Part shown: positions 38,359 to 48,000 of the stretch, in pieces
Layout of the letters: each line of letters opens with the position of its first letter
Numbering within the stretch: position 1 is the stretch's first letter
From: Callorhinchus milii
Lineage: Eukaryota
DNA length: 64,000 bases
Direction: 5' to 3'
Assembly (NCBI RefSeq): GCF_018977255.1
Contig: NW_024704742.1
Coordinates: forward strand, 135,720,001-135,784,000
The notes under the pieces: model-generated
Databases searched by the model: none
Told to the model about the DNA's origin: nothing
What the model saw: the letters and a program-made list of their open reading frames with translations, nothing else
Program-made: the position numbers and the translations under genes

Positions 38359-41300
38359 TCATTCCAACAATCTATCTCTGGGATTTCCATGTGTAGGTGG
38401 GATGCAGGGAATTCTCAGTTGGGTTTGGATGCTCTTAAGCAACGGTGATGGGTTTGTGTCAGTCACCCGGCTGACCAAAAAAAACTCCCCTTCTCTTACA
38501 CCAGCCCCCCCCCCCCCACCCCAGCTCAGGTGGCCAGCCAGCTATATCATAGACGTGTTCCTGCTTCATGTCCCCCACCCTGCCCACCCCAACCATTGGT
38601 GGTCAGTCCTTCAGATTTTCTGCCCCAGCCCTCTGGAACTCCATCGCACGCTTGCCCCCTCCCTTGGCTCTTTCAAGGTCTATCTCAAGACTTTCTTCTT
38701 TGATCGTGCTTTTTCTGCCACCTTCGAACCCCACCCCCTACCGCCAACCCTATTGATTCCAACCCCCAATTTGGGTGCAAGTCTCTAACTGTCCAGCGCC
38801 TTGGGACGTCCTTACGACATGAACAGCAAGCACAACAAATTATGTTTGTGTAGTGCCTTTCAAGTCGGGAGGACCTCCCAAGGTGCTGGACAGCTAAGGA
38901 TGTGCACCCGAGCTTGGGGTTGGGGTAGAAGTAATTTTGCTGTTATTAAATAATAATAATTTGGTCCCTCAATCCCCGACTGTTTGTGGGACGCTGCTGT
39001 GCGCAATTGGCTTCCGCGTTTCGCCCACAAACACACAATCAATTCACTTTACAGTATATTCTGTGAAGCGCTTTGAGACGTCTCAGTGATGTGATCAGGC
39101 GCTGTATCACATACAAGGATTATTATTGTTGCTGTTGTTGTTTGCCATTGGGGATTTGCTTGTGCTTGAGTTGGTGACCAAACCCCGACCTTCTCTCCAC
39201 AGCACGCAGACACCCTGACAATGGGCACGCTACGGATTTACAGCAACGGCCTGCGGCAGCCGCACTTCCACTTCAACGCTAACGAGATGGGCTACGTGGT
39301 CAGTGGCTGTGGACAGGTAACTCTCCACATTTCCGGACACTATTCCCATTATTCCCAATCAACTCCGACAATCATGAACTCTCCGACGTCCCCAGTCGCT
39401 CTCTGGCATCTAAGCAATTCTTTTTGGGTCGGCCGGGTGTCTGACACACGCGGAAACCCAGCACTGTGTTTAAGGGTCTTCAAACCAAACATCCCACCTA
39501 CACATGGAAATCCCAGAGATACATTGCTGGAATACAATGCCCTCTTTCTTCCTGGAGGGACTCATTCTGCTTATCCAATTCCGGAAAGTGTTAGGCGCAG
39601 GTTGGCAAAAGCCAAGGATTGGGGACCCCAGAGTGTGGGTTGCGGTAACTGCTGGAGTCTAACCAGCTAAAACCGTATGTCTTGCCATTGATCTGGGGAG
39701 ATTGGAGTCCTGTAGCTTAGTGGTTAGAGTACTCGCCTCGCAAACGAGAGGAACTGGGTTCGATTCCCGGCAGGGCGAAATGTTGGGCAAGTAAAACCCA
39801 ATACTAATAATAATTTGGTCACTCAATCTAAGACCGTTTGTGGGATGCTGCTGTGCACAATTGGCTACCTTCAACCGTGCCTTCAACCGTTTCTCTTCAA
39901 CCGTGCCTTCAGCTCCCCTCTCGACTCTCTAACCCCTCCTCGCTCCCTCCCTTCCCTCCCCTCACCCTGACCATTTCCCCCCTGCTCGGGTCCTGACCCA
40001 ACTGTCCAGCACCTTGGGACGTCCTCCCGACATGAAAGGCGCTCTATAAATGAAATCTTGTTGTTGTAGTTGTAGTTGTACCGCATTTCGCCCACAAAAT
40101 ACAGTCGATTCACTTTACAGTATATCCCGTGAAGCGCTTTGAGGCTTCTCGAAGAAGTGATAAGGCGCTTGTATCAAAAACAACGATTATTATGATTATT
40201 ATTGTTGGCCAGGACACCGGGGGATACTCAGTCTTTCTGGTTACACTCAGAACCTTCCCAAACCCCCCACAGTGCAAGTGAGGTCAGGGTTAGACCATTT
40301 CTGCACCTCACTCCACTCACCTTCGAGAAACCACTCTGCCTTCTCACCGATGCTATAAAGCCCTCCTGTAGTATGGCCACCATAACTACACGCACTACTC
40401 TAACTATTGTTTAATCAATATTCTAACATCAATTTGGCATAATAATAATCGTTTAATATAGCGCCTTATCACGTCGTCAAGATGACTCAAAGCGCTTTAC
40501 AGGATACATTGTAAAGTAAATTGACTGTATATTTTGCGAGCCAAATTCATCAGCCAGTTTGCACACAGCAGTGTCCCACAAACACTCATGGAGTGAGTGA
40601 CCAAATTTTGTTTGGGGGAATTATTGGGCAAGACATTGGGAGAAAGAAACCTTGGGCAAACTTCCTTACTCCTTACTCCACACGCCTCTGTTTTCCTAGC
40701 AGTACGTAGGCTAGGAACCCGCTTGTTAGTCGATCGGCAGGTCATAATCTTTCCGGGGGGTAATAATCCCTTCAAAAAAATAGGTCACTCAATCAACGAC
40801 TGTTTGTATGACACTGCTGTGTACAATTGGCTGTCGCTTCTCGCATGAAAAATACAGTCAATTCACTGTATAGTATATTCTGTGAAGCGCTTTGAGACTA
40901 CCGTATGATGTGCTATATCAAACACAAGGATTATTATTGTGGATAAGCTGCCGCATTTTGCCCACAAAAACCTACAGTCACCACCCTTTAACGATAAACC
41001 TGGTGAAACACTTTGCGACATCGCCCTGCCATTAAAGACGTTGTATCAAAAGCAAACATAAATAACTAACTGCCTTCTGAATAATACTATGCATCCGGCC
41101 TTGGCAGCTACTTGTGTAATGAACTTGCGCCTCATTATCTGTCTGAATGGAGCCAGTCTTCCAATCCTAATCAATTCCTCTTTGAACAATCTTGACACTT
41201 TGCCATCTGGACAAGATTAGTTAACTGTAGCGATTTGTAAGATTACCCAAGCCAATAAAGGAAATAGCTCCTGCGTATATACTTCCTTGCTGAATATTTA

Positions 41301-42500
41301 CCCCCCACCCCCATTCTACGTCAGGATTCCCTGCTCCCAGTGATTGATCTTTCCTTTCAGGTCCTACCAATGAGCCAGGCCGGGCTGTGCTATCATCAGC
41401 AGTGCCCTGGATTACTGTGGACTCACCTGGCTCAGGAACTGGACCAGAGACCGTCACAGAGGGCTTGTTCGATTCAGACATTCCTTTGCTAAACATCACC
41501 TGTTGCCCTGAGTTGATGATGAGACCTCCTTTTTTAAGGGTTCAGCCTCTTCACCCAGCCCCCATCCACCCGTTTCTCTCCCCTCCCATCCGAATACTCT
41601 GACCTTATTTCAGGCTCTCCTTTCTAGGTGGGAATAATTGGGACCTCAGTCACGGATTTCCAGATAAACGTCGGTGATGTCTTCTTCTTCCCCATTGGGA
41701 CCCAGCATTACATCCAGAGCTCGTGTACCGAGGATCTCCTGCTGATTCTCGGCTTCACCACTGGAGACCAGGTGAGGACTCCACACTCCTGGTGAGACCA
41801 GAGGATGTGGCGGAGGGCTGAGGTTGGGTGGAGGTCGCAAAGGGTGTGGTGGAGAGGAGGGCGGAGGGTGGAGAAGGCTTGAGGACGCAGAGGATGGAGG
41901 TAGTGAAGGATTAACACATGGCTCTGTTTACCTAGCAGTAAGTAGGAATACGGTTTTTAGTCACTTTCCTCGGGTAATAATCCCCCTCCAAAAAACGAAA
42001 ACAATTGGTCACTCCCTCCATGACTGCTGTGTGCAATTGGCTGCCTCGTTTCGCCCATAAAATACACAGTCACTCCACTTTACAGTATGAGTGAGGCACT
42101 TTGAGGCGTCTCAACGATTAAATGCAAGGATTATTATTACTGTATTATTATTAACGAGCACAGCTTTCAAAAGGCAATTTCAGGAGAAGGAATCAAGAAG
42201 TATTTCTTTATCAGGAGAGTAACTAAAGGGTCACCAGGAAGGATAGGTTGAGGGACAAGTGGTTGAAGGAAGAGTGGTTGAGAGAACAGTGATGGATGAG
42301 CTCAAAATGGGTCTTCTTCTCCCGAAGAGTCTTTTTCACCCAAAGCTCTCTTGTCTCTCTTGTAGCTGGAGACCTTGGACATGGATGATTATTTCAATGC
42401 GGCAGCTGATCACATCCTAGCCCAGGCCTTCCACAAGCCCCAGAACGAATTCCAGAAGATCCCAGTCTTCAAGGATGACCAGGCTGTGAATATTCCTTGA
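31972..42500 (+). CDS. Membrane-anchored bicupin: DYNAP/CLLAC-like anchor plus two oxalate decarboxylase/germin-like cupin domains; 9 coding exons, 467 aa
   Basis: join(31972..32061,33938..34153,34803..35009,36459..36692,37197..37350,37974..38083,39203..39316,41628..41771,42366..42500). All introns GT-AG, phases match, 1404 nt with no internal stop. Two sets of RxPHxHFNANE and FFFP...H motifs. Confidence 0.9.
32133..32224. repeat. 21-bp tandem repeat, about 4 copies
   Basis: (TCCTGATTATCAATAATAAYR)n in the intron after bicupin coding exon 1. Confidence 0.85.
33938..34153 (+). CDS. Bicupin coding exon 2 (CLLAC-like transmembrane anchor)
   Basis: cag|VEKKPISLLKIFLLCLLASVITTAVGVLILALVY...HLDKSK|gtatcg; 216 nt. 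Confidence 0.9.
34803..35009 (+). CDS. Bicupin coding exon 3 (cupin 1, motif 1)
   Basis: VFELPGGAIQWARYR...NGLRLPHWHFNANEHGYLQQ|gtaagt; 207 nt. Confidence 0.95.
35440..36000 (+). mobile_element. L2 3' fragment (intronic)
   Basis: [18 protein letters not shown]...[16 protein letters not shown]; (TTG)n tail. Confidence 0.9.
36043..36320 (-). repeat. Unclassified ~300-bp interspersed repeat, copy 1 (others 38183-38484, 39420-39691, 49838-50092)
   Basis: Shared blocks T(n)GGTCAGCCGGGTGTCTGACAC, CCCACCTACAxxTGGAAATCCCAGAGATA and GGTTGGCAAGAGCCAAGG. Confidence 0.85.
36459..36692 (+). CDS. Bicupin coding exon 4 (cupin 1, motif 2)
   Basis: tag|GKAWIGVVDDG...AGQLFFFPKNTLHWVKNVG...SRSLK|gtaacc; 234 nt. 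Confidence 0.95.
37197..37350 (+). CDS. Bicupin coding exon 5 (inter-domain linker)
   Basis: cag|PEGGVKFIRSF...KEDQGINLP...WKYFYDLP G|gtaatg; 154 nt, phase 1. Confidence 0.9.
37740..37962. repeat. (CT)n-rich microsatellite forming the polypyrimidine tract of exon 6
   Basis: Direct inspection. Confidence 0.9.
37974..38083 (+). CDS. Bicupin coding exon 6 (start of cupin 2)
   Basis: cag|GSTQFVYPGGIIQWARYR...ESVHE|gtacct; repeats PGGxIQWARYR of exon 3; 110 nt. Confidence 0.93.
38183..38484 (+). repeat. Unclassified ~300-bp repeat, copy 2 (opposite orientation, ends in an A run)
   Basis: Ends CACCCGGCTGACCAAAAAAAA; reverse complement of copy 1. Confidence 0.85.
39203..39316 (+). CDS. Bicupin coding exon 7 (cupin 2, motif 1)
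   Basis: cag|HADTLTMGTLRIYSNGLRQPHFHFNANEMGYVVSGCGQ|gtaact; 114 nt. Confidence 0.95.
39420..39691 (-). repeat. Unclassified ~300-bp repeat, copy 3
   Basis: Same blocks as copy 1. Confidence 0.85.
41628..41771 (+). CDS. Bicupin coding exon 8 (cupin 2, motif 2); not in the ORF track
   Basis: tttctag|VGIIGTSVTDFQINVGDVFFFPIGTQHYIQSSCTEDLLLILGFTTGDQ|gtgagg; 144 nt. Confidence 0.93.
42366..42500 (+). CDS. Bicupin final coding exon 9; not in the ORF track
   Basis: ctcttgtag|LETLDMDDYFNAAADHILAQAFHKPQNEFQKIPVFKDDQAVNIP*; parallels LLTLDIDDTF...EDQGINLP of the first domain. Confidence 0.92.
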   Translation: METLDMDDYFNAAADHILAQAFHKPQNEFQKIPVFKDDQAVNIP

Positions 42501-42942
42501 ACCCGGAATAGCTCAGCAACCGCTCATTGTTCAATGGAAAGTGTGAATGAACATGTAAAGTGTGAACGTCTCTGGCTGGGGTGTGGCCGGGGGGAGGTGG
42601 GTAAAGGAAAAAACACTAGTTCAATGGCTTAGCGGATAAACACAACCCATGATGCGTTACTGAGCAGGACACACATAAACCATCGGGGGTTTGATCCATT
42701 AAATGGATACCCACTCCAGCTCACTGAGCCAGCATGGAACCTCAGTGTCCTGGTTGACTCTCAACTGTCCTTTAAACCCCACATCCCTGCCATGACCCGT
42801 TCCGCCTTCCCCCACAACGTTGCCGGCCTCTGCCACTGCCTCTCCCCTCGGGCCACCACCCTGATGAATACTTTTATTCAGATTCCATTACTCTAGTTCT
42901 CTGCTTGCTAACTCTTCCCTCCACCAGCTGAAGATCATTCAT

Positions 42943-43272
42943 GGAGTCCTGTAGCTCAGTGGTTAGAGCACTCGCTTTGCAAGTGAGAGACCTGAGTTCC
43001 AGGCAGAGGGCGAAACCTTGGGCAAGTTTCCTTACTCCACACAGAGCCTAATAATAATCCCTCCAAAAACCAAAAAAAAACAATAATAAAATTGGTCATT
43101 TTCAATCTACGACTGTTTGTGGGACATTGCTGTGCGCAATTGGCTGCCGCGTTCGCCCACAAATATACAGTCAATTCACTTTACAGTGTGTTCTGTGAAG
43201 CGCTTTGGGACGTCCTCCTGACGTGAAAAGCGCTATATCAAATGCAAGGATTATTATATTATTATTATTATT
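42943..43272 (+). mobile_element. Young tRNA-derived SINE nested in an L2 fragment (42735-43660)
   Basis: Near-identical to the other young copies; possible ATTCA TSD. Confidence 0.9.
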
Positions 43273-44444
43273 CAGAACTCTACACCTCCCACACCAGGCT
43301 ACGTGAACCCATCGGCCCCATCATTGCCCGGCTTCACTGGATTCCCATCCCCCAGAGAATCGAGTTCAAATCCTCACTTCTAAAGCCCTCTCACTCTGCA
43401 CGGGCCTGCTTCATGAGACCTGTTCTACCCGCCCTACTATTGTGGGTCAGATTTTCAACTTCTCTGCCCTGCTCTCTGGAACTCCATTCTGGAATCCGTT
43501 CGCCTCACTCCTCCCTTTGCCTCCTTCAAGATCTGTCTCAAGATCTTCCTCTTTGACTGCACCTTTGAATATCTTCTCAAATCCTTGCCAGCCTGAATCT
43601 AACCACTTGTTTACAATCCCTTGACTGTCCAGCGCCTTGGGACGTCCTCCTTATGCGAAAGACAATATGATATTGTTAAATGAAGAAAAACGTTAAGCAC
43701 CTATCGTGTCTACAACAGCAACAAAGTGCATTCATATCGGGAGGACGTCCCGAGGCACTGAATGGGTTTCCGATTTACTGACATTTTTTGATAATAAAAA
43801 CACAAACTCTCACTTTGTTGAATTCATCTGTGTTTCGAAATGAGATCAGAGCGACATCAGATGACATACTAGAGATCTCAGATGATTTTATTATTAGTTT
43901 GTTATTTTTAATCTTTGTTGTTGTTAAGTTCTGAAGCTCACTTTGCAAGTGAGAGACCTGGTTTCTATTCTCAGCAGGGCAAAATGTTTTCTTACTCCAC
44001 ACGCCTGTCTACCTAGCAGTAAGTAGGAACCCGTTTTTTAGTCGATTGGCGGATTGTTTTTCTGGGGCTAATAATCTTAAAAACGCAATATTTGGTCACT
44101 CAATCCACGAGTGTTTGTGGGACACTGCTGTGAGCAATTAGCTGCCGCGTTTCGCCCACAAAATATACAGTCAATTCACCAGATGAAAAGGTCTATATCA
44201 AATGCAAGGGTTATTATTATTTAAGAGACATGCCCAGGAACTCACACAATCGGATATTTACTATTTTTTAATGGATCGCCACAAGCAGCACCAGGGGAGA
44301 TAGCTCCATTCTTGGGCAGATAGTGTGAAACGGGGTTCGGAGACAAGATGGGAAACATTATGACACAATCTGCAATTGGCAATCAATAATCTGATAAACT
44401 GGTTCTTCCGGTTCATAACTTCCCCTTTCCCCTCCGATTGTCAG

Positions 44445-44690
44445 CCTGACTCAGTCGGATGCTCTCACCTCTGAGTCAGAAGATTGTGGTTCAAGCCCCT
44501 TGCGGGACTGGAAACCATGAAGTCCACAGTGACACCACAATACAACAAGAGTTGGGGGAGCGCTCCATTGTTGGAGGTGCTGTCCTTTGGGTGAGACGTT
44601 AAACTGAGGTCCCATCTGCCTGTTCAGGTGGCTGTTAAAGATCCCCATGGCGCTATTTGAAAAGAGTTTCTCTCTCCTGGCCGACAAATA
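44445..44690 (+). mobile_element. Old Deu-domain SINE (SacSINE1/AmnSINE-like)
   Basis: CTGAGTCAGAAG head and TGAGACGTTAAACTGAGG...CAGGTGG...AAAGATCCCCATGGC core; related relics near 2460-2800, 8165-8420, 36760-36960, 57340-57590, 58670-58990 and 61790-62070. Confidence 0.65.
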
Positions 44691-44930
44691 AAATTGGTCT
44701 CTTCTCACAGAGTGAGAGCTGCTCACACTTGTCGGAGGGCCCAGCTGAACACACAAGCCACCTTAACGTGTGGGTGTTAAGGTTTCTAATGATCAGCACA
44801 AGCTCAGAACCACAAGCGGTGTGTAACTTCTCTAACTCACAGCTCGGAATTCCATCAGTATTATTTTTTTTTGGGGGGGGAAAGGAGAGGAAAATCGAAA
44901 GCTCCGAATTCAGAATTGGTCATTTTTTCT

Positions 44931-44936
44931 TTTATT
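44931..44936 (-). promoter_or_regulatory. Probable polyadenylation signal of C18orf54
   Basis: AATAAA on the minus strand about 70 nt after the stop codon. Confidence 0.55.
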
Positions 44937-45003
44937 ATAAATTTGATACAAAACGATATGATATGTTAATAAAACAGCACTTCCTCTTTCTCGCTCTGTG
45001 CTC

Positions 45004-45079
45004 TCATTCGCTGCTACCTCTCTCCTCGGCTCCTGCTCCATCCACCAGCTTTGTCAGATGCTTCAGGTGCTGGAACGCC
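45004..45079 (-). CDS. C18orf54: C18orf54 last coding exon
   Basis: ccccacag|[25 protein letters not shown]. Confidence 0.8.
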
Positions 45080-48000
45080 CTGTGGGGAGGACAGAAGGTC
45101 AGCTCCCAGCGAAACAGGAGGGTCTTGAGGGGTGCCTTTAAGGAAGCAAGGGAGGGAGCGAGGCGAAGGTAAAGTGTGTTGAAATTCCAGATGGTGGGGG
45201 CAGAGAGGCTGAAGGCCCGACCGCCGATGGTGGGGCAGGCTGGAGCTGCTGAGCGGAGAGAGCGGGCAGGTTGATAAGGGGTTAGCGGGTCGGAGAAGTA
45301 CGAGGGAGCAAGGCCATCGAGGACCTTGAAGGTGAGGATGAGAATTTTGAACTTGATCCTCTGAGGGATCGGGAGCCAGTGGAGCGGAGAAAGATGGGTG
45401 TGATGGGGTCACAAGAGTCTGGTGCGGGAGAGGACACGAACTGCAGAGTTCTGGATGATCTGCAGCCTGTGGAGGGAAGAGTTGTGAAGGCCGACAAGCA
45501 GGGAATTGCATAGTTGAGCCTGGATGTAATGAAGGCGTGTATGAAGGTTTCAGCGCCCTAAGGCATGAGGCCATGGTGGAGTCGGGCCATGTTGCAGAGA
45601 TGGTGTAGGCAGAGTGGGTCATTGCATGGGGGCAAAACATACCTAGGTTTCTGACTGGCTCAGTGAGGTAGAGTTTGCATCCGTGGATGCTGATGCGGGC
45701 AGTGCTAAGGTGCGGAAGCGCTGGCGCGAGCCGATCAGGAGAACCTCGGTAGAGAGTTGGCTCTCATCCAGGACTTGATGTCCGACAGATATTCTGATAA
45801 TGAGACGGAGAGTGTGAGGGTGAGGTAGTGGTTGTGAGCTGGTTACCTTTGCAGTGATTTGTTGCCTGGGGCAGTCTCAAAGTCCGAGCTCTGTTCCACA
45901 CCTCCAACTTCTAACGGCAACTGAAAAAAAAGGGGAATTTTTTTAACAAATCGGTAAAAACACTAATGTCCAATTTGGGGTATTTTTCAAGGATAGAGGG
46001 ATTAGGGGATATGGGATAGGGCGGGTAAATAGAATTAGGTTAGAAGATCAGCCATGATCTTATTAAATGGCGGGGCACAGGCTCGAGGGGACGAACAGCC
46101 TACTCGTGCCCCTACGTCTTAGGGTCTTATGGTCTTAACAAGATTCCTTCATAAAGAATCTGAGTCACACAAATAATGACACAAGGGCCTGGAAGCAGTG
46201 CAGAAGAGAGCAAAAAGGATGGTCCCCAGTGAAGTCCCTGTAGCATAGTGGTTACAGCACTCGCCTTACAAGCAAGAGGACCCTGGTAGGGCGAAACCTC
46301 AGGCAAGTTTCATTACTCCACACGCCTCTGTATTTCCAGCAATAAGTAGGAACCCAGATGTTAGTGGATTGGCGAATCGCTTTCTTGGGAGTATTAATCC
46401 GTCAAAAAAAAATGTGATCGCTCAATCCACGGGTGTTTGTGTTACGCTGCTGTGTGACTTGCTACCGCGTTTCGCCCACAAAATATACACTTTGCAGTAT
46501 ATTCTGTGAAGCCCTTTGAGATGTCACGAAGACTTGAAAAGCACTGTATCAAATGAAAGGATTATGATTATTATAATATCAAATGCAAGGATTATTATGA
46601 AACAAAAACAGACGTCGCTGGAAACACTCAGCAGGTCAGGCAGCATCTATAGAGAAAGGAAAGTGAGTCAACATTTTGGGTCCAAAACCCTTTGTCAGAA
46701 CCCGTGGACCCGAAACGTCGACTCACTTTCCTTTCTCCGTAGATGTTCGCAGTGACATCTGTTTTTGTTTCAGATTTCCAGCAACTGCAGTATTTTGCAT
46801 AAGGATTAGTATTATTATGTCACAGGAACGAGCTACGAGCGACGACAACAAATTTCATTTATACAGATAGCGCCTTTCACTTCAGGAGTTCGTCCCAACT
46901 CCCAATAATTAACTTGGGCTCTTTAGTTTTGGGCGGAGAGGAGTTTAGAGGGCACTTGAGAGGTTTATAATATGCTTAAGTGGGATTCAGAAATTAAATG
47001 TAGAACAATCCTTTCACATGCACTGAGGCAGTGGGACAAGAGGGCACAGGGTCAGGGTGTGCAAGGGGCAATTTCAGGCCAGCAACCAGGAAGTATTTCT
47101 TTGCACATAGATGTAACCAATGATTGGAACTGCCACCAGGAAGGGAAGGGAGGTTGAAGCCAAGACACTGGGACTTATTGATAAAACACCTCAATGCAGT
47201 GATGGGAGGACAGTTGGATGTTCTGGAAAGATGAGGTCAAATGGGTGAGATGGAGTGGACCTACATTTCACAGTCACAGTACAGCAAAGAGAGTTCAGTG
47301 AAGCACTTCGACGTGTTATAGGTGTTGTCTCAAATGCAAAGACTTTTTCAATGTTCAACCCCATCGAGCCAGCGTTGAGTGGCGATGATTGTAACACCGA
47401 CAGTGCCATCTGGTGGAGCCGAAAACAATCCTCACACACACACCCTTCCGCACCTCAGAGAGATGGCTTTGCTGTCCCCGGGTTGTTAAACTAAGTGACG
47501 TTACATTAAATTCTTTACAAGGGAATTATATAGAAAAAGAGCAAGAGTACCACCTGCTCCCTCAACCCCATCCCTACTCCTCTCCTTACCTCCCAGTTCC
47601 ACTCCTTGCCCCTCCACTCACAGACGTCATAAACCTCCCCGTCCACTGGCACCGTTCCCACCCCTTTAAAAATGCCGTCATCATTCCTATCCCAAAAAAC
47701 CCCATTCCTGTTCTCAAACTACCACCCCATCTCCAACCTCCCTTTCTTCTCCAAGGTTCTGGAATGAGTCGTTGCTTCCCAGCTTCGCTGCTTCCTCTCC
47801 CACCACTCCCTTCACGATCCCCTCCAATCGTGTTTCCGTGCCGCCCACAGCACTGAAACAGCCCTGGTCAATGTGATAAATGACATTCTGTCCATCTGCA
47901 ACCAGGGCTCCCTCTGCCTCCTCGTCCTCCTTGACCTCTCTGCTGCCTTTTGACACTTCGACAGGCCAGAACCTTGGCATCTTGGTTCACCCTCAACTAT

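Noticed and set aside
41361..41580. Possible extra bicupin exon after ttcctttcag
   Set aside because: No convincing donor or cupin similarity, and exons 7 and 8 already join seamlessly.
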